In this document: piece after piece, positions 11,701-22,605 of the stretch | How the letters are laid out: each line of letters begins with the position of its first letter | How positions within the stretch are numbered: the stretch's first letter is position 1 | Assembly: GCF_032191835.1 (NCBI RefSeq) | Contig: NC_083233.1 | Location: 49,104,001 to 49,168,000 of the forward strand | Direction: 5' to 3' | DNA length: 64,000 bases | Source: Heteronotia binoei | Taxonomy: Eukaryota | Translations under genes and position numbers: made by a program | The notes under the pieces: generated by a model | What the model was told of the DNA's origin: nothing | Database searches by the model: none | Seen by the model: the letters and a program-made list of their open reading frames with translations, nothing else

Positions 11701-14700
11701 CATGTGCTCCAACATTCATATTTTCCCCTCTTTACTTAAGGATTTTCTTTCAACATACACCCTCAATATGTGGGAGAGATTTCACCCAAGAAGCTGCGTG
11801 GTTTTACAAATGCCACAGTGGCTATCTTTTTGACCCTGGGCAAAGTCTCAGGGCAAGTTATTGGCCTCAGGTAAGTGCAGCTACATTAAAATGAAATCAT
11901 TTAAAATGCAATTAATATCTTTGATCACTTAAATTTTGAAGCTGCTTTCCTTGGTCACTGGGATTTGGGTGTTAGGTAGATTCAGTGCTTTGAGCCACCC
12001 CATCCCTGTTCACACCAAGCAGAGGGGCTTAGCTATTGTGTGCCTTGGCTGAGAATCCACATGTATACCCTCCTGGCCATTCATATATGCAGCATTCTGG
12101 TTTCAGGTACAGAATTCAGATTAATGATGTAAACCAGATCAGCTTTTTAAGATTTGCTGATTGCACAGCATGACATTTGACTGCACACTTTTGCATGCTG
12201 ATCTGTTTTCAACAAATTTGATTAAACTCTGCTTGCAAATTTAATCTTTCCAGGATCTGCTGAAGCTAAAAAATAATTCCAGTTCAAAACAAATGCTGGG
12301 TTGAAAATGTAAATAGTAACCTTGAATGTTTTATTTCCCATCTGATTTAATATATGGGACAGTATTTGGAACAATAATAAATTAAATAAGGTTGAAGTTA
12401 CACAGCAGCAACATCTTTTGAATTTCTTAAAATACAAAATACATGATATTTCATACCTCAAATAAAATGTGTTTGTTTCAGAAAGGGAAGAAGTCTGCAC
12501 TGAAAATCGCAGTCTTACAATTGAAAACAGCGATATTTTGACATACAAAACACTGGATTTTTATTTATTCATTTATATTTACCTTAAATTTGTATGCCAC
12601 CCACTCCATACGGACTCTGGGTGGCTCACAGTCACAATCCCACAATACAATACCTTATGGTTATAAAATCAAAACATATATAACAATTTATAATTTAAAA
12701 ACTTAAAAATGGTGCTATAAAATTTCTTACATAGGCGGTCCAGCTTCATTATAGTTCTTAATTCTCTGTATTGCTCTAAATTAAATTTGACACTAGAATT
12801 ATGAATTAATGTTCTTTTAAACTTTTCTGTTGGGAGGGGAGAGAAACAGAACATTTAAATTATTTTGTTCTGTGTTGGTTAGAGTTGTCAGATTCAGTAC
12901 AAGTCTTGTGCACTGCAGAATTGTGGCAGGAAGGCGAACTGGGGCTCACGTGTCTTTCGTAGAGATGTTTGTAACATGTTCTTATTAATTAGGTAAATTC
13001 ATGGAGCAGAGCTTGATTAGCATGATGACTAAAGGGAACCTTCACATTCAGAAGGAGTTAACCTCTAAATACCCGAGCTAGGAGGCAACATCAAAGGAGG
13101 GCTTTGACATCTTTGCCCTATTTGTTGGCCCTTTGGAGCAGCTTGTTGGCTGCTGTGTAAAACAGGATGCTGGACATGGACAACTGGTGTGGTCCAACAT
13201 AAGAAGAGCTTTGTTCTTACATAGCATGGCAGTAATAGAAGTGAGCTTCCTGACTATCAACCTTGCAGCACCTACATTATACAATTAAATTTGCAGTAGT
13301 AAAATTTGGCCCTTAGAAAATCCTGGCTCTCAGAAGCAAGAAAATGTGTGTGCTTGTACTGGATAGGCAGTGATTTGTTTCTACTAATTATTTTCTCAGG
13401 GAAATGTTAGGAAGTGAATCTCTATGGCCTTTACTGCTGGCTTTTACTGGATTCACAACTGTGATTCAACTGGTTACTCTCCCTTGCTTTCCTGATTCTC
13501 CACCATACCTTTTGATACAGAAGGGCAACGAGGAAGCCTTCAAGAAAGGTAGGAGACCTCCTCTCCCCTATTTTATTTCATAACAGTCTTTGTAAGAAAG
13601 ACAGTTTGGAGGTTATGGTGGAAAATATGAAGCGCCCCGTAACTGGGTAAGAATACGTCCATACTGCTGTCATTTGGGGACAGGACTGGTGACAGAACAC
13701 ATGGTGACAAAGAATGCTGGCCTATCATTTATTGTTTGGGACTCCTGGGTATCAGAGTGGCCTCAAAAGTCACAGGTGCCTGTAGCTCTCAGCCCCACTG
13801 CTTAAGTAGGTGCATCTGTAGTTGCCTTATCTTCCATATAAGTCAATTAAAAGTTGGCTGGGCAGATGGATAGATTCAGACATTTAGGTCCTTCCATGCC
13901 GCAGCTATCAAGCAGCTCTGGGGCGAAGGTGACCATCAAGCTGAGATCGAGGACATAAAAAAGGAGAAGGCAGCCATGGCGAGCTCCAAAAGTCTGCGGG
14001 TTCTTGAACTTCTGAAGACTCAGTCCTTGCGCTGGCAGCTCTATGTGATGATCACCGTCATGACCACGTTGCAGCTCTGTGGCATCAATGCAGTTGAGTG
14101 TTTGTTCACCATGGACCCTGCAGCTGTTGGGTTCCTACGTTCATCAGAGATGATGGAATTAAATAACTTGCTGCACACCCAAGCAGGGTTTTGTGGAATC
14201 AAAGAACCCATTCAGGAAAGGAAGCTTAAATAATCATCTAAGAAAATATCTGGAGTTTCCTTGGTTGTGTTTGCAGCCACTTTGGCAACTGAGCCACACA
14301 ATCTGCCCTGCTTTAAATTAGTTCTATGCTAGTGGCATCCCAAATGCATAAATTAGCAGTGTCCTCCCTTTGCCCTGACATAGGCTACTCTGTATTGAGA
14401 ACAGATGTAAAGCTAATACAAGTTTTAAGGGTTACTGGGAAGGATTTAGCCCTCAGTTCTAAACCTCAAGGAAGTAGGAGCATTTCTTTGGTGTCCAAGG
14501 AAGGCAATGATTCTTCAGCCTTTTAAAATGAGACACTTTTCTGACTTACTGTGCTTTTGAGACCTATTATTTGTTTTACAGTCGTATTGAGACTTTTGGA
14601 TTGCTTAAGTCTTATTGAGACTTGAGTGGATTACACTCAAAGGACCTTCACAGTACTTTCCCCCTGCTGATCAGAGAAACTCAGCAATCTCACACTGAAC

Positions 14701-17568
14701 AGGTTCATATTTTATTCTTTGTACTTCCTGTTTATGAATATATAGCATTACTGAGCATCATACTATATTTCATGGCCATTTTGCACATTATATGGAAGCA
14801 AACACATATTTGCCATTCACTGCATACTCTTTCAACTGACCATGTTCACCTCTCCTCTTCCCCCCTCTGAAAGTTGCAACCATTTTTGGGTCCTGACCCA
14901 CAGTTTGAAAACCCATCAGGTAAAGAAATGCTCCATGATACATGCACAAAGACTCCTTGCTACTGCTTGTGCAGAACATTTCCCTGCTTTCATGGGAAAA
15001 AATGGGGGCAGAGAATTCCTGTATATGTGAAACAGTGTGTGTGCATGCTGGATTCAGCCCTCAATTTATGAAACAACTCAAGTTTCTTTTTCTTCCCTTT
15101 TGCCTTTTCAGATCTACTTTTACTCTTTTGAAGTCTTCCGCACAGCCAAGTTTGAAGAAGCCCTCATCCCATACATATCCTTGGGTGTTGGTCTTTGTGA
15201 GTGTATCTCATCTGTATTGTGTGTAAGTTCAGAGCGTGCAGAAGACACTTAAACAGATTGCTTTTCTTGCTCCTGTTTTTACAAAGTCAGGTGAACAGTT
15301 AATGTCCTCACTCCACAGTCTCTTGATTTCCTTTTCCAGAGCTCCCTTATTGAGCGTTTTGGCCGGAAGGTGCTGCTATGGGGAGGCTATGCATTGATGG
15401 TTTTGGTGCTTGCTCTGCTCACACTAACTCTCTCACTCCAAGTAAGTAGAATTAGCCCTACTGTTGAAGAGGGTGCCTCAAACGGCAGATTTGGGGAGCC
15501 ATTAAGACTGGTGCAGTGAGGGAGGCATCCTGACCTGTGACGACACAATCCAAATACTCCATTTCAATGTATCTCTTTGTAGCCTCAAGAAATTGGCTCT
15601 CTCGCCCTGAACTTTAGCTATCTTGGCAACAACTTCACTTAACCAATCACATTTTTCCACTCCTTTCTCACTCTAGCATCGCTTCTTTTGGATGCACTAC
15701 TTCAGTGTCATTCTCATCTTCTTGTTCGTTCTCTTCTATGGAATTGGACCATGTAAGTACCTTAGCATAGAGCATGATAGGGTCCAGCCCAGGAGTTTTA
15801 AAGCCTAGCTTGAATGTCTGAGTAAGTGTAAACAGCCACCTAGGGGTACAGATCCCTGGATAACAAAGTAGGAGTCAAGTAACACCTTTAAGACCAACAA
15901 AGTTTTATTCAGAATGCAAGCTTTCATATGCACGTATACTTCTTCAGATGAGGGAATGGGGTACAGTGAGCAGAAATACATATAGCTGGTGAGTTAAGAG
16001 TATAAACTGATACAAAGTTAGGATCAAATGGCAAATGGTCTTCCAATTTATTACACTATTTTGCCATTTGATCCTAACTTTGTATCAGTTTAAACTCTTA
16101 ACCCACCAGCTATATGTATTTCTGCTCACTGTACCCCATTCCCTTGTCTGAAGAAGTATTCGTGCATACGAAAGCTTACATTCTGAATAAAACTTTGTTG
16201 GTCTTAAAGGTGATACTTGACTCCTACTTTATTCTACTGCTTCAGACCAACATGGCTGCCCATCTGGATTGATCCCTGGATAAATTTACTGTCTGGTACA
16301 GAAAGCCTCTGGCCACTTGGTCAAGAGGAGAGGGAGAAATGACTTGCTATTGCTAGTCTGCTAACAACTGTACAGCTTAGCTACTTCTGGATTAAGCTAC
16401 ATCCCTGTGATTCTTCCACAACCCTCTCTGGTATAATTGTCATGCTGTGGACCTGTGTTTGTGTGAGAGGGGAAGAGAGGGAGATTGGGAATGGTGCTCA
16501 GTGGATGATTAATATATCAAAGATATTACATTTTAGGGGTATGTAAAAGGCCTGCAGGCTGTGGCTGTTCCACTTCATCTACCCCCTCTCCCCATGGATA
16601 AGCTGCAGTACTATGCTGTGGGCCAACTAAAAAAATTTGCTGGGGGTGGTGGTGGATGCAGCCCACTTTCCTAAATGCCCATGTCTCAGCCACATATAAT
16701 ATAGGATGTAGAAGAGCAATGAGGAATCCATGTGCTATGGCATTTGTTCTTTTCTGCTTTCCCCAGCTGGTGCCACAATTTCTGTCATGGTTGAGATCTT
16801 CAGTCAGGCCTTCCGCCCCTCAGCTTTTGTGATTGTGGGGTTTATCAACTGGATGGGTCTCTTTCTGCTCGGGATGATCTTCCCATTCCTTGTGGTAAGA
16901 GATTTGAAACTGGCAATCAAATGAGCAATTTGCACAAAACATTTGGAGAAGCATGAGGTGCATAGACAGCTTCAAGAGGGGGTTAGATAAAAATATGGAG
17001 CAGAGGTCCATCAGTGGCTATTAGCCACAGTGTGTGTGTGTATATATATATATATATACACACACACACATACATTGGCCACTGTGTGACACAGAGTGTT
17101 GGACTGGATGGGCCATTGGCCTGATCCAACATGGCTTCTCTTATGTTCTTATGTGCTCTGTTGTTGTTAAGGCACTGTAATAATATAGTAGCTTGAAGCT
17201 GAAAGACAGGATATTTTTCATCTGAATTCCTGATCAATCCCTAAAAATTCAGAGTGTGGTCCTAATCTAAACATTGGACATAAACTTTAGAAACTTTTGG
17301 GCTTTGAAGATGCTTTAAAGGGAATTCTTATTTTTCTTTTCTCCCTAATTTCTGTTTTCAGGAATATCTTGGACCCTTTTGCTTCCTGATTTTCATGGGA
17401 ATTCTTGGTGTTTCAGGGGTATTCATCTACCTGTACCTGCCAGAAACAAAGGGGAAATCTATCTTGGAAATTACATTGGCGTTTGATAAGTTAAATTACA
17501 GCAAGAAGAAAGCTTTCCCTACAGAGAACAGTTTCCCTAATGCAACAGTATTTTGCACCAAGCTTTGA
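5669..17568 (+). CDS. SLC2A11-like facilitated hexose transporter (class II GLUT, GLUT11-like), 12 exons, 499 aa
   Basis: join(5669-5692,7254-7352,8842-9002,10659-10783,11741-11870,13400-13548,13905-14092,15112-15222,15340-15441,15677-15752,16767-16894,17362-17568) = 1500 nt, open frame, GT-AG introns. Motifs: GIGGSFPYG, N-glycosylation site INET, YVGEISPKKLRG, PDSPPYLL, QLCGINA, ERFGRK, GIGP, PETKGK. Confidence 0.93.
6555..6765 (+). mobile_element. tRNA-derived squamate SINE (Squam3-like)
   Basis: Head agccagtgtg...gtggttagagtgtcagactagga...ggtttgaat and body ctctcagcctaacctacc. Related copies at about 5860-6020, 11172-11335, 17700-17870, 33215-33490, 50330-50440 (-) and 61950-62165. Confidence 0.7.
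10134..10605 (-). mobile_element. 5'-truncated CR1 LINE 3' end
   Basis: ORF 10241-10600 (-) encodes the CR1 ORF2 C-terminus ([31 protein letters not shown]); the 3' tail appears as taagaacataagagaag on +. Confidence 0.9.
12550..12790 (-). mobile_element. L2-clade LINE 3' UTR fragment
   Basis: Reverse complement of the 3' UTR of the L2 copy at 62870-63090, by direct comparison within the window. Confidence 0.75.
15864..16270. mobile_element. Penelope-type (PLE) pLTR insertion with inverted 5' copy: a 171-bp-arm palindrome with a 13-bp TSD
   Basis: Arms 15865-16035 and 16060-16230 (8 mismatches in 171 by hand alignment), 24-nt loop. Perfect direct repeat GATCCCTGGATAA at 15851-63 and 16271-83. 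Confidence 0.85.
16145..16180 (+). ncRNA. Minimal type I hammerhead ribozyme motif (PLE-associated)
   Basis: UGU CUGAAGA A GUAU-ucgugc-AUAC GAAA GCUU ACA: helix I UGU:ACA, intact core with one extra A, 4-bp helix II, palindromic AGCU helix III, putative CUU site. Activity not demonstrated. Confidence 0.65.
16965..17157 (+). mobile_element. CR1 3' end fragment
   Basis: Same 3' UTR as the copies at 10134 and 21449, with a (TG)n(TA)n(CA)n tract and a ttctcttatgttcttatg tail. Confidence 0.85.
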
Positions 17569-18443
17569 CCATGCAATTGCATAATTACCAGCAGGGGGCT
17601 GGGTGGAAATCAGGTCATCTTTACTGCTGTTAAAAGTGAAGCCCTGGCATTAATTGAAGTTTTTTGCATTGCTCTGTCATTCTTGTTACAAAATGTTTGA
17701 GACCCAGATTAAGACCTGATTAATTGCCACCACTAGGTTACCTTGAGTTGGTCATTCTTTCTCAGCCTAACCTACCTCACAGGGTTGTTGTGAGGGTTAA
17801 ATGGAGGATGGGAGATATGCTCCCCTGAGCTCCTTGGAGGAAGTGTGATGTATAATGTACTCAATAAATATTAATTTATGGTTGTGAATTTCATGTGTAG
17901 TCACCATGTGCCTTATCTTTAAGATGGGCTAGAACTTCCCTGGGTAGTTCTGGCTCTTGTCAAGTTCCAGTGCCATATAATACAGATCATAAATTACACC
18001 TCAGGAGGCTTCCCAATATGAGAAATATCTAAACTAGCCAGTTTCTCTCTTGCAGGGTTCTGTCCTATATTCACCCACACAGACACAGTAGAAATGGATG
18101 TAAGGGACTACCTTTTGACAGGTCGTCTGCAAGAGCTCAGCCTTCTGGGAGGGGAGGTGCAGGCTGGGGCTCAAGGCTGCAGTGGCTGAAAAAAGCAACA
18201 TTCTGCATTGCTCTTGCAGAGTTAGCTCTGATATCTGAGTTTGTATAACATTAAGAGTGCATGGCTGAGGCTAGTTAGAAGGCCCACACTTAGATTAAAA
18301 CAAACATGCCCCTAGAAATTTCACTTTTGAATGAGCCCCAGCAGTGTAAATCTCCTTATTGGAGCTCCACCACAGAGGAGATCCATGGAGTCCTCCCTGC
18401 TTAGGGTTGCTGGGTTCCTCCAGGCTATGGGGAGATGGGGGGC

Positions 18444-18634
18444 AGGGTTGCCAGATCCAGGTTGGAAACTCCTGGAGATTTGGGGACAGAGCCTGGGGAG
18501 GAGAGAACCTCAGCAGGGTACAATGCCATGGAACCCACTCTCCAAAGCATCCAGTTTTGCCAGGGGAACTGATCTCTGGAGATAAGTTGTAATTCTAGGG
18601 GATACCCAGGTCCCACCCAGACGCTGGCATCCCT
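18444..18634. mobile_element. MITE with AGGGTTGCCA...TGGCA(A/T)CCCT termini
   Basis: Short TIRs and a conserved body; further copies at about 2850-2959, 4970-5110, 45290-45441, 45780-46018 and 56257-56467. Confidence 0.65.
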
Positions 18635-18999
18635 ACCTGAGCCTGCTCTGTATTTAGGACTCCCCATCCAGTGCAAATCAGTGGCTTCAGACTCCAAATT
18701 AATGAAACATTAGCAACATTCTCCAGGCAATGTGAAACAAGAGGTGGGAATAAATATCCAAGCACTGACAAGATTTTATTGGACTTGACACATAATATAA
18801 CGTTAATTATATAGCTATCTAAAGAATCCCCCAAAGCTTGTCTGTCTCTATTTCCTAGGCTCTGGCCTGACGGTTAGTATGTAAGCTAGGAGTGGCTGTG
18901 AAGGTCTCTAGGGCCGAGTCCACGGAGCAGAGCAGAGACTGTTGCATCTTTTTGACTCTACTACTTCACTTGCTAAGTTCATGCCACGTGTGTTGGAGA

Positions 19000-19720
19000 T
19001 CGATTTCCAGCATTGCTGCGAAACCAGACTTTGGTGGCGGGTCATACATTCACCCGACACCCCCTCACTAAACTCCGGAAGGGATGACGTGAAGGAAGTG
19101 GAGTGCCATGGGAGATGTGCAGCCGGGCACGGACACCCTTCTTAGCGGGGCTGCTTGGAGATACGCCGCGCGCGGGTAGAAGGGGGCAGGGCTGCCGCTG
19201 GCCCTTTAAGCGCGTGCCCGTGAACAGCCTACAAAGCTGAGAGGCGCTCGGCTTTCTGCTCAGTGGGTGTTGCCGCCGCAGCCGTCGAGATGCCGATGCT
19301 CGTGATTAACACCAACGTGAGCCGCCAGGCCGTACCCGAGAATCTGCCCGGGGAGCTGACCCAGCAGCTAGCCAAGGCTACTGGCAAACCAGACCAGGTG
19401 AGCGTCGACGTGACATGGGAGCCTGCCTGGCTGGCTTCTCCCGCGCAGCCTTCCTTGGCAGGCCGGCCAGCGCCAGGGGAGGAGGATGGGTTGCGCTACT
19501 TTGGCCTCCCAGCGCTGGTTGCAACTTGCATTAACCTCATGTCTCGAAGTCGTGAAATGGACAGAGATTGGAGTAAAAAATCCACTGCACGAAGGTGCAG
19601 GATATTTTCATGTTATAAAAAATTCATTTTGATGTTGCTAATTTGGAGGCGGGGTAACGACGGCACAAAGCGCGGCGTGAGTGAAAGAGCGGTTTACTGC
19701 AGATCGAGATGGCAATTATT
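19000..19720. promoter_or_regulatory. MIF CpG island promoter
   Basis: CpG-rich; TGACGTGA (CRE-like, overlapping ACGTG) at 19085-92; GC boxes before the ATG at 19290. Confidence 0.7.
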
Positions 19721-21112
19721 GAGGCTGATCTAAAAAATCTTTATAATTAACCCAGCCTCGGAATAGAAGCAGCCTGACGCTCTGTCATTGCTCATTTCCT
19801 TTGCAGTATATTGCAATCCACATCGTGACCGACCAGCTGATGACTTTTGGGGGCTCGGCCGAACCATGTGCCCTGTGTAGCTTACACAGTATCGGCAAGA
19901 TAGGTGGGCCGCAAAACAAGGCTTACTCGAAGTTAGTGTGTGAGCAGCTTACTAAATACCTGCAAATACCTGCGGACAGGTGAGATGTACAGATCTTGTA
20001 TTTATGACTTTACTGAAACTCAGTGCGAATTATACAGTGTAAATCAATGCAATTGGAGTAGCATCACAGAAATTTGAAACTATACAAAAAGTAGATGTGC
20101 AGAAAATGATATTAAATAAGTAGTACATAAGGCAGTGGGAGTAAGATAATACGTACAGTAATGTAATGAGGAAGTTAGGTTCAGGTGGGTAGCCATGTTA
20201 GTCTGAAAGTTTGAGTCCAGTAGCACCTTTAAGACCAGCAAAGTTTTATTCAAGGTATAAGCTTTCACATGCAAGCACACTTCTTTGGATACAGTGTAAC
20301 TATTACATATAGGTAGGGAGAGGGCTAGTTTCCAGGAAGGGCTAGTTTGAGTCATGATGCATAGTACTGCGTGATTATAGTTGAGATTGGATTAAGGCTG
20401 TTGTTAAGACCTGTGAATAGCTGTAAATTAGCATACAAATGCAAGAGTTAAGAAACAGATGTGAGAACTTGTTTGAGTCCAGTGGTACCTCCAAGTCTAG
20501 CAAAGTTCAATTTTCAGTGTAAGTGACAATGGAGAGACTTGACTTCAGATACATTGAAACATATTTCCTCAAACATTACATATAAGTGAGGGGGTAGTTG
20601 CTAGGAAGGGCTAATTAAAGTCAAGATGCATAGGTAACTGAGCAATAAATACAGCTAAAATTGGAATAACAGATTTGGTGAGACCTGAGAATAATAGCAA
20701 ATTAGCATACAGATAATAAAGGAGTTAATATGTGCAAACTAAGCTTGAGACTAGTGGCACCTTTAAAACCAACTCCCTCTCCTCTCTCTACTTAATGGCT
20801 GAGGATGTCTTGTTTCAAAAGTGTGCTTACACACAAAAGCTTATACCTTGAATCAAACTTTGTTGTCCTTAAAGGTGCCACTAGGCTCAAACTTTGTTCT
20901 GTAATAAGGAAGTATTCTGGATGAAAGGTATCTACTAGTTTTTGGTCAAGTTGTTGCTCTCTGCATGGGAGCCAGCCTCGCTAATATGGATGGGAATGAT
21001 CTCTAGTGGCAATCACCTTCATCTGCTCTTGGTTTCTTTTCACAGGGTCTACATCAACTATTACGATATGAGTGCTAGTAACGTGGGGTGGAACGGATCC
21101 ACCTTTGCATAG
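19290..21112 (+). CDS. MIF: Macrophage migration inhibitory factor, 3 exons, 115 aa
   Basis: join(19290-19397,19807-19979,21046-21112) = 108+173+67 nt. [10 protein letters not shown] start with catalytic Pro2, CALC motif, KIGG, C-terminus [10 protein letters not shown]. Confidence 0.97.
20181..20905 (-). repeat. Tandem array of ~270-bp PLE-type units plus an inverted copy, in MIF intron 2
   Basis: Anchor GAGTCCAGT(A/G)G(C/T)ACC-like at 20213, 20475 and 20747 (periods 262 and 272). Shared internal anchors aggaagggcta, gatgcatag, aaattagcatac. Inverted + copy at about 20800-20905. Confidence 0.75.
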
Positions 21113-21256
21113 ATCTCTCAGTGGCCTCCCTAAGGGCCTGTTGTGTCCTTTGTGCACCTCAGCTACCATGGCCAAGCCCACCTCCCTAATGCAAGCAACT
21201 TACTAGTCTCTTGTGTGCATCATAGTTGTAACATTCCACCATACCAATGGAAAAAC

Positions 21257-21262
21257 AATAAA
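21257..21262 (+). terminator. MIF poly(A) signal
   Basis: AATAAA 145 nt after the stop codon. Confidence 0.6.
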
Positions 21263-21448
21263 AGCCTAGATGGATGTTGACTTTTGCTGAAACATTTTTT
21301 GGGGGGTAGCATTTCCCCGGCTCATAAAGAAGAGGTGAAAGTAAAGAGGGGATATTATTCTACAACACTGAGTGGCTAGGATGTCAAGGTTAGCTGCGGT
21401 AGACAATTGAGGGCTAAGAAGGAGCTTATTATTTCCAGCACATAGCCT

Positions 21449-22605
21449 GGAACATAAGAACATAAAAGAAGCCATGTTAGATCAGGCCAATGGCCCATCC
21501 AGTCCAACACTCTGTGTCACACAGTGGCAAAAATTTTTATATATACACACACACACACACACTGTGGCTAATAGCCACTGATGGACCTCTGCTCCATATT
21601 TTTATCTAAACCCCTCTTGAAGGTGGCTATGCTTGTGGCCGCCACCACCTCCTGTGGCAGTGAATTCCACATGTTAATCACCCTTTGGGTGAAGAAGTAT
21701 TCCTTTTATCCATTTTAACCTGTCTGCTCAGCAATTTCATCGAATACCCACGAGTTCTTGTATTGTGAGAAAGGGAGAAAAGTACTTCTTTCTCTACTTT
21801 CTCCATCCCATGCATTATCTTGTAAACCTCTATCATGTCACCCCGCAGTTGACGTTTCTCCAAGCTAAAGAGTCCCAAGCGTTTCAACCTTTCTTCATAG
21901 GAAAAGTGTTCCAGCCCTTTAATCATTCTAGTTGCCCTTTTCTGGACTTTCTCCAATGCTATAATATCCTTTTTGAGGTGTGGCGACCAGAACTGCACAC
22001 AGTACTCCAAATGAGACCGTACCATCGATTTATACAGGGGCATTATGATACTGGCTGATTTGTTTTCAATTCGCTTCCTAATAATTCCCAGCATGGCGTT
22101 GGCCTTTTTTATTGCAAATGCACACTGTTTTGACATTTTCAGTGAGTTATCTACCACAACCCTAAGATCTCTCTCTTGGTCAGTCTCTGCCAGTTCACAC
22201 CCCATCAACTTGTATTTGTAGCTGGGATTCTTGGCCCCAATGTGCATTACTTTGCACTTGGCCACATTGAACCGCATCTGCCACGTTGACGCCCACTCAC
22301 CCAGCCTCAACAGATCCCTTTGGAGTTCCTCACAATCCTCTCTGGTTCTCACCACCCTGAACAATTTAGTGTCATCCGCAAACTTGGCCACTTCACTGCT
22401 CACTCCCAACTCTAAATCATTTATGAACAAGAGCATGGGACCCAGTACCGAGCCCTGCGACACCCCACTGCTTACTGTCCTCCACTGCGAAGACTGCCCA
22501 TTTATACTCACTCTCTGCTTCCTATTACTCAGCCAGTTTTTGATCCACAAGAGGACCTGTCCTTTTACTCCATGACTCTCAAGCTTTCTAAGGAGCCTTT
22601 GATGA
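21449..22605 (-). mobile_element. 5'-truncated CR1 LINE with reverse transcriptase region
   Basis: ORF 21678-22550 (-), 290 aa, with QGSVLGP and FADD motifs. C-terminal frameshift (KRNTSSPKG versus KRKYFFTQR in the copy at 10241); CR1 tail at 21449. Confidence 0.93.
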
